A stretch of DNA of 64,000 bases. It comes from Hemiscyllium ocellatum (taxonomy: Eukaryota). The stretch's first letter is position 1. The number at the start of each line of letters is the position of its first letter. Location of the stretch: contig NC_083410.1 in assembly GCF_020745735.1 (NCBI RefSeq), forward strand, positions 2,826,117 to 2,890,116, read 5' to 3'. Below, one piece after another: positions 45,404-59,449 of this stretch. Under the pieces are notes generated by a model, which was given only the letters and a program-made list of their open reading frames with translations, made no database searches and was not told the origin of the DNA. A program made the position numbers and the translations under genes.

Positions 45404-47644
45404 CTGTAAGACACAGGAACCTGCTCAGGGTCATGCAACAAACAGCCAACAGCCAAACATTTTTAGTTGAGTTTGTTGTGTCTCATTAAGGTCCCCCCCC
45501 CACCCCCCCACAACAGAGTTACATGTTCTCCATGTGAGTAGGAGCGAGACGGATTCAGAATGGATTCATGGACAGGATGGTGCACTGCTGATCAGAGACC
45601 AGCAATAAAACCTTCCCACATGTTACAGCTTCAGCCCCTCAACACAGAGACTAAGAGTAAAGTACCCTCAGCTCTCCCCTGCCAATTACCCCCTGCCAGT
45701 TTCACATACCCCCACTGCCATTGAATACCATCGAATTTGATTGTCCGTCATACCCCCACAATTACCCCATGACCTTCAATGGTTTTAGCCTTTATGTCCA
45801 AAAATATATCCCTTTCTGAAACATAGTCAACGATGTGGTGTGCCCACAGCCTTTTATGGGAGAAAGTTCCAGAGGTTTAAGTTTGTCTGAGTGAAGACAT
45901 TGCTCCTCAACTCAATCCAAAATATCCCTATCCAGTGTCCGGAAATTTTGACCCTTTATTCTAGACAGCCGCTCCATCCCAGTACATCAGCATTTACACC
46001 TAATACCTCTCCTGACTCAGTGACCTGTTAGACCATAAAACATAGGAGCAATAGAAGGCCATTCAGCCCCTTGAGTCTTCTCCATGATCAGCCTTGAAGG
46101 TAGTTACTGGGCCTGAATGAGGGTCCGTCTGGATGTTTGCTGGGTGGGCGATGCTGGATTAACCACCCAGTGTGAACCCACCTCATCCTTGTCCATTTGA
46201 TGTAAATCGGGAGACAGTGACAGGTCACATTGGCTTAGTCTTAGCCCCACATTGTCTGGATCACCAGATGACCTGACCCCCCAAATCAAAGCCAACAGCA
46301 TCTGGACCCTCAGTCTGAATCCCCAGTGTGGAAATCAATCAGCATTTGCCTTCGTTTTGACCCAGCCAGCCAGTAGGTGGCCGGGAAAGGCAGATACCGA
46401 GCCTGACGTTAAAACCTCATTAAAGGACATCTCTGTTCCTGCCTCAGATGTGTCAACATCACAAACTAATATCCAGACACTGTCAACGTTTCCATGGAGG
46501 ATGTTTACCAAGCTGGATGTGAGCTGGTGAGATGTTAATCCTGAAAACGTGCAAACAGGAATAAGTTGAAGATAGGGGTCTTGAATATTTTAGGTATTGG
46601 TCTGAGCAGCTTGTTCCTCGGGAAGGAAGCTTGTTTTCAACATTCCTCTGGAAAGCAGCGGTGTTTGTAGTTTATGTGAATATTACCCCGTGGTCTCTCA
46701 GTGTCAAGTCCTCCTGTCCAGCCCACATTGTATGGAGCATGCTCAGTCCATTGTATTCCCTCCTTTGTTGCAGTCATTCCCATTCCAAATCTCCAATCAT
46801 GGGGGATGGGATCCTGGTCTACCTCCCAGTCTGGTCGCTGCAGGATCCCAAAGCTCATCTTTCAGACAGTTCCATCTTATTGACATCCCTCACTGTGTAA
46901 GGATCCCTGACACAACCCACAAACCCCAGCACCGGACACACAGGTGCCTGGTATATTACACAATTTACATCTAACAAATATGAATATGAATTATACTGAC
47001 GTGGGTTATGTTTGGAAAGCTGTAATTCCGATATTTTTGTTACAAATCAAAGATTCCTCCTTTGGAAATCCAGGGAGCCAGTTGTGGAATGGTTTCTGCT
47101 GAGTTCGGAATCTCTAGTGAGGATTCAGTCAGAAGACTATTCCCAGGTCCGGCTTGCGTGTTGACCTGTCAGGGAACTGGATTGCAGGATGTTCAGCTCT
47201 TGGTGGTGGACAGTGTCGTCGTTGATACGAGTGACAAAGCAGATTTTGGCTGAAATCCCATCTCCCGTTGGCCCTGATACTGTTACGAATCCTGCATCAT
47301 CTTGAGGTGAATGTGAAATGAGCTTGAGATTTCTCTGAAGTGTAAGTCTGTGCCTGGGACTCAAATCTAGAACATCCGGAGTCAGAACTAGGTGTTCCTC
47401 ACTGAGGGACATCTGCAGCCTGCGATAGGTTTGATTAGAATGTAGGAAAAAGGGGGAGGCCACTCAGCTCCTTTGATCCTGCTCCACATCAGTCAGATCA
47501 TGATCGATATGATTCTGGTCTGAGAGCACTTTGATGCTTAAAGTGATTAGTCTTTGTATGTTTGAAGTTCTCTTTGAATGAAATCTGACTGCTAATGTTA
47601 ATGTTTAGCCCTTTCCTCCTCCTGATGTTCAGAAACCATCCACT

Positions 47645-47945
47645 CCTGGCCCCCAGGCTGACACTGAAGGGATGCTACACTGTCAGAGGTACATCCAGCT
47701 CAGAGCAGGCATGACACCGAGACTATCTGCTGTCCCAGCACAATCAGTAAGATCCCGTGACAATGCGAGAGGGGCCAACAATCATCTCTAATGAACACCC
47801 TCAGCACAGACTGTGATCATGCTTGTGATTGTGGGATCTTGCTGTGCAGATGATAGCCACTGTATTTCCTACATTGCTTTTAAAGTGACTGCATTTCATT
47901 GACTTTGGGATGCTACAGGACGTGCCCTGGTTATAATTGCAAGCC
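47645..47945 (+). mobile_element. Ancient degenerate SINE, DeuSINE (SacSINE1/AmnSINE1)-like
   Basis: gaagggatgctacactgtcagaggt ... gtgggatcttgctgtgcaga...tttcctacatt ... ctttgggatg...ataattgcaag recalls the Deu domain and tail; recognised from memory only. Confidence 0.4.
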
Positions 47946-48055
47946 AGTTCACATAGCAACATTGACACTCTCTCCCCACTGAGTCTGAACAAGACTCAGC
48001 TTTGGACAGAGGAAAATGAACAAAGCATTGTTAACCACAAGCAGGTTGCTCTTAC

Positions 48056-48172
48056 CCGGACACTGAGACGCCGGTACTGCTTCTGAGGGGAGGTTTTGGT
48101 GGAATCACCAGGGGCTTCTTCACTTGGAGAGCAGGGGATATGTGGTGAGCTGGCACACAGAGACTCAGGAAC
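48056..48172 (-). CDS. PTK2B: PTK2B exon (VPESLCASSPHIPCSPSEEAPGDSTKTSPQKQYRRLSVR), equivalent to the mammalian alternative exon skipped in Pyk2-H
   Basis: 117 nt, phase 0-0, AG/GT; starts like human VPEGLCASSP and ends like KRHSMR. Confidence 0.88.
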
Positions 48173-50074
48173 CTGGGCATGTCAGACAGACATACAGAAA
48201 ATACAGCGGTCAGCAAGACATCAGACAGGCAAAGCACATGGCACAGGGCAAGCCAGCAGTGACCAGCTTCTGAAACTGGGAAGTATCAGAGCTCTCAGCA
48301 TCAATGGGACATCATGTAGCTGCTGCATCATCGAACAGAGCACCTGAAAGCAAAGACTAAACAAGCACACACATTAAAACATGACCAACAGTGCAGGCCG
48401 CCTCTGGATAAACTCATGGAGCATTGGACAGACGGTAAGGACAAAGAGCTGTCCAGCTGATCTCCAAAGAGACTTTCACCAGGAGAGGAGGTGGCTGCTC
48501 CAATCACACCATGATCAGGAAATCTCCAACACTACCTCTTTCAGCCATGTGAAGCTGATCCCTGCCTCCTGCGATAATCTCTCTCCCATGGTTCAAATCC
48601 TGGCATAGCCCTCCTCCTTGTAAATCCTGAACAAGCTCGGGACTGTCATTATATAATCAACTACTCACTCACCTGTCTACGTTCCTTCACCCAAGTTCCT
48701 TCACTGTCACTGGGTCAAAAATCCTGGAATTCCCTCCCCCAGGCCACTGTGGGTGTTGCTACAGCACATGGACTGCAGCGGTTCAAGAAGGCAGCTCACC
48801 CCCACCTTCTCAACGGGCAACTAGGGATGGGTAGTAAATACTGGCCCAGACAGCAATGCCTATATCCCAAGAGTGATTAATGGAAAGATCTTTCTCTAAT
48901 AGTTCCCCAAAATTGAGCTTCTTACTTTGGAGACCCTCCCTTTAGTATTGGAACCAGTGCCTGACATTCCCTTGTGCTTTTATGTTTCTTGCTATTTTAT
49001 ATTCAGATTCTACACTTGCTTTCTTTATCCATTTCTTGGTCTTCTTTGAAACTTAAAGCTCTCCCAGTCCTCAGGTTTACAACATTTTTGGCAACTTTAT
49101 GAGCCTCCTTCTTTAACTTATTGCTATCTTTAATTTTCTTTGTTACAAATGGCTTTCTCACTGTTCTTGTTGGACATCTTTGTCCTGAAGAAATGTATGC
49201 TTTTACATTCAATTAGTAATCATTTAAATATTAACCACTGTATATTCACCATAAAGCTGTTTAATGTACATTTTCAATTCACCATAACAAACCACCTCCT
49301 CATACTTTCACTATTACCCTGGTTTACACTGAAGACCTCAACTCTGATTTAACCAAACTTTTAGGAACATTCTCCCATTCTATGGTCACTGCTCCTGAAA
49401 GATTTCTTCACAGCAAGATTATTAATTAGTTCTTTGTCATTGCACAAGACTAGATTTAAAATACCCAGATTCTGGATTAGAGTTGTGCTGGAAAAGCACA
49501 GCAGTCCAGGCAGCAGCCGAGGAGCAGGAAAATCGACGTTTCGGGCAAAAGCCCTTTATCAGGTTCCAGCATCTGCAGTCATTATTTTTACCCAGTTAAA
49601 ATACGCAGTGCCTTAGTTCCTCAACATATTGAATCAGAAAACAATCGACAGTCAGGAATTCTTCCTCCACAAGAGGGGTACTCATCAGATATAGATTGAT
49701 TACAACATAGCCCTTGGTGCATGTATCTCTAAGCTCTTGAGTTTTGAGTTATACCATACCTTACATTATCTCTATGTTTTGTGATGTATAAACCAACCCC
49801 AACATTGCCCTTTGATAATGATCCCATCTCATCATCAGGACCACCTCACCATTTCCCTCCTAAAAAGCCTTTCATAGTCCGTTTCCAGCCAGCAGCCTGA
49901 AATCACAGGCCCTTCCCCTTCTCCCACTGCTATCATTCTCCTGTTGTGACTCCTTCACATAGACTGCTCTAAACTCAGCCTTTTACACACAATTCTGCCA
50001 CGCTGTTCTGGGTGATTCTGGGATTTGTTTTTGCTAGATCTGGACTTGGATCATATTACTCACAAACCCATTCT

Positions 50075-50075
<1 letters not shown>

Positions 50076-50153
<78 letters not shown>

Positions 50154-50420
50154 ACACAGTTTCAAACTCACCAGCTCTCACACACTTATGTCATTCACAC
50201 ACTCCCACACACACTTGTGTCCACTTCCTTACACATCTCTCTATCTCACTAATTCATGCACTGACTCACGCACTCACTCAGCCTCACGTTTATACACACA
50301 CTCACTCACACACTTTCACACACCCACTCACACTCACTGACTGACTGCCAGCCACACATGCTCTTTCATACATACACTTACTGTCAAACTCTCACACTCG
50401 TATTCACACACAGACACACG
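50076..50420. repeat. (CA)n microsatellite (about 37 pure units) with degenerate CA-rich extension
   Basis: Direct inspection. Confidence 0.97.
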
Positions 50421-51008
50421 CACTTTCAATCTTAATTCACAGTCACATGGGGAGATGATGCACCAGTGGTATTATTACCACTGAACTATTAGCCCAGCGA
50501 CACAGCTAATGTTCTGGGGACCTGAGTTGTATTTCTTGCCATGGGTAAATGGTGGATTTTAAACTCAATAACAATTTGGAATTAAGAGTCTAATACTGAC
50601 CATGAAACCATTGTCAGGCAAAAACCCATCTGGTTCACTAATGTCCTTTAGGGAAGGAAATCTGCCATCCTAACTCAGTCTGGCCTATACCTGACTTCAG
50701 ACCCACAGCAATGTGGGTGACTCTTACCTCCCCTCTAGGTAATTAGGGATGGGCAATTAATGCTGGCCCAGACAGTGATGCTCATATTCTGTGATCAAAT
50801 TGAAAGAACGTTTTCTGGGTTAAAGGTGTGGGACCATCAGCTGAAGACATGCTAATGCACGACCAAATGGCTGTCCGCTGAGACCAGTATAAAATACACC
50901 CTCCCCAGCCTTACCTCCCTGCAATACAGAACACAATAATCTCACTGAGCTATAGCTGGTGCTGTTCCACATCATGTTTCACACTAACTGTGACACGTTG
51001 GTACCTAC

Positions 51009-51080
51009 TTGTACATGGAGCCCCGGATTCAGAAAGGGAAAAGGAGGCGACTTCCCAGTAACTGCCCTTGATCTTGCTGG
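51009..51080 (-). CDS. PTK2B: PTK2B exon (PARSRAVTGKSPPFPFLNPGLHVQ)
   Basis: 72 nt, phase 0-0, acceptor ctctctgttccag, donor CAA|gtaggt; positional equivalent of PSRPKYRPPPQTNLLAPKLQFQ. Confidence 0.72.
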
Positions 51081-51354
51081 CTGGAACAGAGAGTGATAAG
51101 ATCTGGATTAATGTCAGATATGCAAACCGACAGCTCAGAGACTGTCCCTCTCAACTAAAATCCAGCCCGGACAAGAACAGCAACAATCTCCTTACTCAAA
51201 CTAAAGTGACCATTAAGGCCAGGGATTCACCTTCAGGTCATATGTCAACGTGGTCAGCGTTGTAAAAGAAACCTTCATCGTCATGGAAATATATTGGACC
51301 TCAACCCAACACAGTCAGGCAGCCTCAGGTTCAGCGTGAAGAGGGAGAGTGTGC

Positions 51355-51790
51355 AGGATACAGGGCTCTGAGAGGATTGTGGGACTGGGATACAGGGATC
51401 TGTGGGGATTGTGGGACTGGGATACAGGGCTCTGTGGGGATTGTGTGACTGGGATACAGGGCTCTGTGGGGATTGTGTGACTGGGATACAGGGATCTGTG
51501 GGAATTGTGTGACTGGGATACAGGGCTCTGTGGGGATTGTGGAACTGGGATACAGGGCTCTGTGGGGATTGTGGAACTGGGATACAGGGCTCTGTGGGGA
51601 TTGTGGGACTGGGATACAGGGCTCTGTGGGGATTGTGTGACTGGGATACAGGGCTCTGTGGGGATTGTGTGATTGGAATACAGGGTTCTGTGGGGATTGT
51701 GTGATTGGGATACAGGGCTCTGTGGGGATTGTGTGATTGGGATATAGGGCTATGTGGGGATTGTGTGATTGGGATACAGGGTTCTGTGAG
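51355..51790. repeat. 32-bp minisatellite GGGATACAGGGCTCTGTGGGGATTGTGTGACT, about 13 copies
   Basis: Direct periodicity. Confidence 0.95.
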
Positions 51791-52199
51791 GATCGGATGT
51801 TACTGGCTACACATCACAACAGTAATTAATCCAAATCCAACCAACAGTAAGGAGGTTATAATCCCTGCTTTGTTGTCTCACATTTTACAATCTAAATTGA
51901 GCTCATGCCCATTGGGTGAATCAAGAGGTCGATATGGGGATGAGGGACAATTTTCTGTCTGTACACAGTGTCTGGGTGAATAAAAGACAGGGATGTAATT
52001 TATCAGCTGGTGTTATCTTTTAATGCTTGTTCTTGTATTATAAATGGCATATGAATTTAATTTTGTGGATTTAGGAATGTGGGCTAAATTGGGAGAGCAC
52101 ACAGCTGTGAACCAAGGAGACTGTGGAAGGGGTTGCTCTGTTTTTAAAACAAAATTACTGCAACCCATTGTGAGTTAAGTGTAATCTTTAGATCATTTA

Positions 52200-52441
52200 T
52201 GGGCAGCATGGTGGCTCAGTGGTTAGCATTGCTGCCTCACAGCACCAGGGTCCCAGGTTCGATTCCACCCTTGGATGACTGTCTGTGTGGAGTTTGCACA
52301 TTCTCCCCGTGTCTGCGTGGGTTTGCTCCGGTTTCCTCCCATGGCCCAAAGATGTGCAGGTTAGGTGAATGGGCCATGCTAAGTTGCCCGTAGTGTTAGG
52401 AACATTAGTCAGAGGGGAATGGGTCTGGGTGGGTTACTCTT
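52200..52441 (+). mobile_element. 5' part of a SINE split by the CR1 insertion; the 3' part resumes at about 55981-56026
   Basis: Ends ...gggtgggttactctt and continues as (t)cggagggtcggtgtggacttgttggg after the LINE. Confidence 0.85.
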
Positions 52442-52444
52442 TCA

Positions 52445-55400
52445 GAAGACAGCAGGCAGAGAGGAGACAGGTGCAAGAGACCCCGAGGGAAGTACCTGTC
52501 AGGAACAAGTTGAACCTTTTGGAAACCGTAGAGACAGATGACACTGCCAGTCCGCAAGGCGGCCAGGTTTGTCAATCAAAAGTTGGCGTGGAGGCAGAGC
52601 GGAAGAGTCGGACATCGCACAGAGCCGTGGGAATAGGGGACTCCATAGTGAGAGGGACTGACCGGGGTTTCTGTGGCAGCAGGCGGGACTTAAGGATGGT
52701 GTGTTGCCTTCCTGGTGCCAGGGTTAAAGACATCACAGACAGAGAGCAGGAAATCCTCAAGGATGAAGGTGAAGAGCCAGAGGTGGTGGTACATGTTGGC
52801 ACAAATGATGTCGGGAAAAAGAGGAGGCACATACTACAGCGGGACTTAGGAGAACTAGGAAGAAGGCTGAAAAGCAGGACGTCCGGTGTGGTTATCTCCG
52901 GTTTGCTTCCAGTTCCTCGGGCTGGTGTGGCCAGAAACAGGGAGATAATGGACGTGAACGTGTGGCTGGGGAACTGGTGCAGGAAGCAAGGAGTTAAATT
53001 CTTGGATCACTGGGGTTTGTATGTGGTAAGCATAAATTCTACAAGAGAGACGGTTTGCACCTTAATGGGTTGGGGACCAAGATTCTGGCAGGCAGGTTTG
53101 CTACTGCAACACAGCTGCGTTTAAACTAGCTGTTGAGGGGGGGGCGGAGAACAAACTGGATGTTTAAGAGGAAAATTGAAGGGAAAGTTCGAACAAGGGA
53201 AGTCAAGAAAGACAACTGTATCAATGAGGCAGAAAACTCAGAAAGGGACCATGCTGTAAGGTTGAGTGAAATAGGAGTTGATGGGAAGGGTGAGGGCAGT
53301 AACAAATTAAAAATACTATACCTAAATGCACGAAGCATTAGAAATAAGATGGATGAGCTTGAGGCTCTTTTGGAAATTGGCAGATACGATATTGTGGGGA
53401 AAACTGAGATGTGGCTTCAAGTGGACAGGGCCTGGGAAATGAATATTCAAGGCTATACGTGCTATCGTAAGGACAGACTGACGGGCAGATAGGGTGGGGT
53501 GGCCCTGTTGGTAAGGAATGATATTCAGTCCCTTGCGCAGGGGGGCCTAGAATCAGGGGATGTAGAGTCAGTGTGGATAGAGCTAAGAAATTTTAAGGGT
53601 AGAAATACCCTCTTGGGAGTTATCTACAGGCCCCCAAACAATAGTCTGGATGTCAGATGTAAGTTAAATCAGGAACTGAAATTGGCTTGTCCCAAAGATG
53701 TTACTACAGTTGTTATGGGGGATTTCAACATGCAGGTAGACTGGGAGAATCAGGATGGTATTGGACCTCAAGAAAGAGACTTTGTGGAGTGCCTCCGAGA
53801 TAGATTCTTAGAACAGCTGGTGCTGGAGCCGACCAGGGAGAAGGCAATTCTGGATCTGGTATTGTGCAACGAACCAGAATTGATCAGGGACCTCGAAGTG
53901 AAGGAGCCATTGGGAAGTAGTGACCATAATACAATAAGCTTCAATCTGCAATTTGAGAGGGAGAGGGTACAATCGGAAGTGACAATATTTGAGTTGAATA
54001 AAGGGAACTATGGAGCTGTGAGGGAGGAGCTGGCCAAAGTTCAATGGTGCAATACCTTAGCAGGGATGACTGTGGAGGAACAATGGCGGTTATTTCTGGG
54101 TATAATGCAGAAGTTGCAGGATCAGTTCATTTTAAAAAGGAAGAAAGATCCCAGGAGGAGGCAGGGGTGGTCGTGGCTGATGAGGGAAGTTAAGAAACAT
54201 ATAAAGTTAAAAGAGAAAAGGTATAACATAGCAAAGATAAGTGGGAAAACGGAGGACTGGGAAGCTTTTAAATAACAACAGAGGATTACTAAGAAGGAAA
54301 TATGCAGAGAAAAAATGAGGTACGAAGGTAAACTGGCCAATAATATAAAGGAGGATAGTAAAAGCTTTTTTAGGTATGTGAAAGACAAAAAAAGGTTAAG
54401 ACTAAAATTGGGCCCTAGAAGACAGAAACAGGGGAATATATTACTGGGAACAGGGAAATAGCAGAAGAATTGAATGGGTACTTCAGATCTGTGTTCACTG
54501 GGGAAGACACAAGCAATCTCCCTGAAGTAACTGTGGCTGAAGGACCTGAACTGAAGGGAATTTATATTTGCCAGGAATTGGTGTTGGAGAAACTGTTATG
54601 TCTGAAGGTTGGTAAGTCCCCGGGTCCTGATGGTCTACATCCCAGGGTACTGAAGGAGGTGGCTCGAGTAATCGTGGATGTGTTGGTGATTATTTTCCAG
54701 AGTTCGATAGATTCGGGATCGGTATGTGAGGATTGGAGAGTGGCTAATGTTGTACCACTTTTTAAGAAAGGTGGGAGAGAGAAAGCAGGAAATTATAGAC
54801 CAGTTAGTCTGACCTCAGTGGTGGGAAAGATGCTGGAGTCTATTATAAAGGATGAAATTACAACACATCTGGATAGTAGTAACAGGATAGGACAGAATCA
54901 ACATGGATTTATGAAGAGGAAATCATACTTGACTAATCTTCTGGAAAATATTTGGGGGATGTAACTCTGAAGATGGATGAGGGAGATCCAGCAGATGTAG
55001 TGTACCTGGACTTTCAGAAAGCTTTTGATAAAGTCCCACATTGGAGGTTAGTGAGCAAAGTTAGGGCACATGGTATTGGGGGCAAAGTACTAACTTGGAT
55101 TGAAAGTTGGTTGGCTGACAGGAAACAAAGAGTAGTGATAAACAGCTCCATTTCAGAATGGCAGGCAGTGACTAGTGGGGTACCACAGGGAACAGTGCTG
55201 GGACCGCAGCTTTTTACAATATTTGTTAATGATATAGAAGATGGTATTAGTAATAACATTAGAAAATTTGCTGATGATACTAAGCTGGGTGGCAGGGTGA
55301 AATGTGAGGAAGATGTTAGTAGATTACAGGGTGACCTGGACAGGTTGGGTGAGTGGTCAGATGTATGGCAGATGCAGTTTAATGTGGATAAATGTATGGT

Positions 55401-55980
55401 TATCCACTTTGATGGCAAGAACAGGAAGGCAGATTACTACCTAAATGCCGAATCAGAGGAGCTGAAAATGTGTGCTGGAAAAGCGCAGCAGGTCAGGCAG
55501 CATCCAAGGAACAGGAAATTCGACGTTTCGGGCATAAGTCCTGATGAAGGCCTTATGCCCAAAACGTCGAATTTCCTGTTCCTTGGATGCTGCCTGACCT
55601 GCTGCGCTTTTCCAGCAACACATTTTCAGCTCTGATACTCCAGCATCTGCAGACCTCACTTTTTCGCCGAACCAGAGGACACAGCTTAAAAATACGGGGT
55701 AGACCATTTAGGACAGAGATGAGGAGAAACTTCTTCACCCAGAGAGAGGTGGCTGTGTGGAATGCTCTGCCCCAGAGGGCAGTGGAGGCCTAGTCTCTGG
55801 ATTCATTTAAGAAAGAGTTGGATAGAGCTCTCAAGGATAGTGGAATCAAGGGTTATGGAGATAAGGCAGGAACAGGATACTGATTAAGGATGATCAGCCA
55901 TGATCATATTGAATGGTGGTGCAGGCTCGAAGGGCAGAATGGCCTACTCCTGCACCTATTGTCCATTGTCTATTGTCTCT
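52445..55980 (+). mobile_element. Near-full-length CR1 LINE: ORF1 SGNH esterase and ORF2 APE-RT, with stops/frameshifts
   Basis: ORF1 GIGDSIVRG, CCLPGARVKD, VVHVGTND; ORF2 YLNARSIRNK, VMGDFN, KSPGPDG, YLDFQKAFDKVPH, SGVPQG, KFADDTK; 3' tail (ATTGTCY)n. Confidence 0.95.
55450..55662. mobile_element. Family-1 hairpin element inside the CR1 RT C-terminus
   Basis: About 75-bp inverted arms around ...ggcataagtcctgatgaaggccttatgcc...; CR1 jumps from DYYLN to RTRGHSLK across it. Confidence 0.8.
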
Positions 55981-56099
55981 TCGGAGGGTCGGTGTGGACT
56001 TGTTGGGCTGAAGAGACTGTTTCCACGCCGCAGGGAATCCAGTCTAAAAAAAATTCTCCCTCCAGTGCTCTGCTGGATGTAATGGTCTCAATCTGATAC

Positions 56100-56214
56100 C
56101 TTTGGCGGGGCCTCGTTCACGGTGTTCTGGCCATCGGGCATCCTGAGAGTGGCACGGCGCTGGGTCCAATACCTCCGCTCCCTCTGCTGTTCCACTTCCA
56201 CTTGGTGAATGTCA
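56100..56214 (-). CDS. PTK2B: PTK2B exon (S-DIHQVEVEQQRERRYWTQRRATLRMPDGQNTVNEAPPK)
   Basis: 115 nt, phase 2-0, AG/GT; matches Pyk2 SDVYQMEKD...EPPPK. Confidence 0.9.
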
Positions 56215-56557
56215 CTGTAACAGGAAGGAGTGTGAGCAGGAACAGGAACAGCAGTCAACAATCCTCTCATAGACACAATGCCCACTGGGCACAGCTACTG
56301 AGGATATCACAGGCAGCAGCTGGCCATTCTGCCCCAACAGCCTACTGACCCATTGGGCTGGATCATGGCTCAACTTCCAGGGAATCATCTTCTTGTGCCT
56401 GCACTATGCGTATCTCCCTGATAACAACAAACAGCAGCATTGACCAAGGTACCACCCCCCCCAGTGCCCTGTGTTACTGACTGTATCCCTACTGATGTTA
56501 CTCCAGCTCCCTCACACTGTCACTCAGTAACCCCTGTCCCCCCCAGTGCCCTGTGTT

Positions 56558-56868
56558 TTAGATTAGACTTACAGTGTGGAAACAGGCCCTTCGGCCCAAC
56601 AAGTCCACACCGACCCGCCGAAGCGCAACCCACCCATACCCCTACATTTACCCCTTACCTAACACTACGGGCAATTTAGCTTGGCCAATTCACCTGACCC
56701 GCACATCTTTATGACTGTAGGAGGAAACCGGAGCACCCGGAGGAAACCCACGCAGACATGGGGAGAACGTGCAAACTCCACACAGTCAGTCGCCTGAGTC
56801 GGGAATTGAACCCGGGTCTACAGGTGCTGTGAGGCAGCAGTGCTAATCACTGTGCCACCGTGCCGCCC
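56558..56868 (-). mobile_element. HE1/V-SINE-like copy
   Basis: Full length, near-identical to the other copies. Confidence 0.9.
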
Positions 56869-56928
56869 ACCAAAGTATGAGCAAGGAAAATCCGTTCAAT
56901 TGATGCAACCCTTGTATTGTAACCCTTC

Positions 56929-57032
56929 AACCTAAGCTGCAGAATTCTAACCTAAGCTGCAGGATTCATCAACCTAAGCTGCAGAATTCTCAACCTAAGC
57001 TGCAGAATTCTCAACCTAAGCTGCAGAATTCA
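56929..57032. repeat. 21-bp tandem repeat AACCTAAGCTGCAGAATTCTC, about 5 copies
   Basis: Direct inspection. Confidence 0.9.
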
Positions 57033-57119
57033 ATCTGTTACTGACTGGATCTGTTACTGATGTTAATCCAGCTCCTTCAGGTACTGGTCTGATAGCTGGA
57101 TGGTGAGTGTTGTTGGTTA

Positions 57120-57800
<681 letters not shown>

Positions 57801-59449
57801 TCAGAACTGGGGGTGGGTGGGTGAGGATCGAGTGGTGTGTGTGCGAGGATCCAGGGTGGGTGGGGATTGGAGAAGTGTGAGGGGAGGATCAGGGAGGGAT
57901 GTGGTGGGGATCCAGGGGCTGGGGGTGATGGTGGGGATCGGGGAGATGGGGGGTCTGGGTTAAATGTTTGAATTTCACGAGTGACCATCATCGCCCAGCA
58001 TCCCTTTTCCCATGATTCACTCTTTAAGGAGCATGGGGGTGGCTGGCAAGGCCAATATTCATTGTCCCTCCCCCAATTCCACCCCACCCCGCCCCCTCCC
58101 ATCTCTGATTGGCCTGGATCTGAGTAACCAAGTCAGCCATTTTGGTGGGGGGGAATACAAGTCAGACAGCCGTGGGTGTGGAGTCACGTGTAGAGCAGAC
58201 TGAGTAAGGATGGTAGGTTTCCTTCCCTAAAGGACATTAATGAACCAGACGGTGTGTTGTGACAATGATGATCATTATTAAGGTGATTATTACTGAAAAT
58301 ACCTTTCCATTCCAGACTTATTCACCAACTTTATATTCTCCAAGCTGCTGTCATGGGAATTGAACCCCTGCCTTTTGAGCATTAGGCTAGGCCCCTTGGT
58401 TACTAACATGAGCACACTATGCCAAAATCTACCTCCGTGCAGAGGCAGGGACTTGGACATGCCCGGCTGTGCTAACATTTATTCCCTGTCCCTAGTTGCC
58501 CCTTGAGAGGGTGGGGGTGAGCTGCCTTCTTGACCCGCTGCAGTCCATGTGCTGTGGATTGACCCACAATGCCGTTAGGGAGGGAATTCCAGGATTCTGA
58601 CCCAGCGACACTGAAGGAATGGCGATATATTTCAGTGGGGGAGGTAGGGAAGGGTGTGTTCACTAAGGGGTGAACGAAACACTCAGGACCTGCGGGGAGT
58701 TTTCACAAGGCTGAAGATGGAGTGGATGTTTCTGTTTGTGGGGTGACTGTTTAAAACCCACTGAAAACCACAAGGGGGTGAAACCTCTTCTCTCGGAGGG
58801 CTGGGATTCCTTGAAGGTGTTGATAAAGGAAGTGGAGGAAGGGGGTGGAATATCTTCAGGCCAGAGGAGGATGGATTGTTGGGAAGCAAGGTGCTTGTGG
58901 GGAGAGGGGGCTGTGGGGTGGGGATGGTGAAAGGTTATCGAGGGAGACAGGAATGTGGATTGGAAATTCCAATTAAAGCAGCCATGACCTTATTGAATGG
59001 TGGAGTGGGCCCAAGGGGCTGAATGGCCTCCTGCTGTTCCCTGTTGAGAGGTAAGGCATGCTGGGAATGTGGATTTATTCTAGTTGGAGGCTGAGAGGAG
59101 ATCTGACTGGAGGTGGATAAGAGCAGGTAGGCAGAGCAAAGCCTCTCTTACACAGACAGGGGGAGTGAGAAACAGAATTCACTTCCTGGGCCAAGGGGGC
59201 TGGGTGAAGTGAGGGTGATGTTTATGCAGTGAGGGCCAATGTGCTGGAACTCAGTGGTCTCCTGGGCAAGAAAAACAGAACCATCCTTTCAAGAGAGAGA
59301 TCCCAAAGGAAAAAGCTGACTGGGAGACAGGGGTGATAAAACGGGGAACAGGACTGACTGAATCACTCTGTGGGGAGACCGCATCCAGTAGATGGGTCGA
59401 ATGGCCTCTTTATGTGCCATCACGGAACCATACAAAGCTGATCAGGTCT

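Noticed and set aside
46630-47463. ORFs 46637-46858 and 47137-47463
   Set aside because: Appear to be highly decayed LINE endonuclease/RT remnants (GPTGDGISA..., RPRGNI...); no splice signals or intact domain
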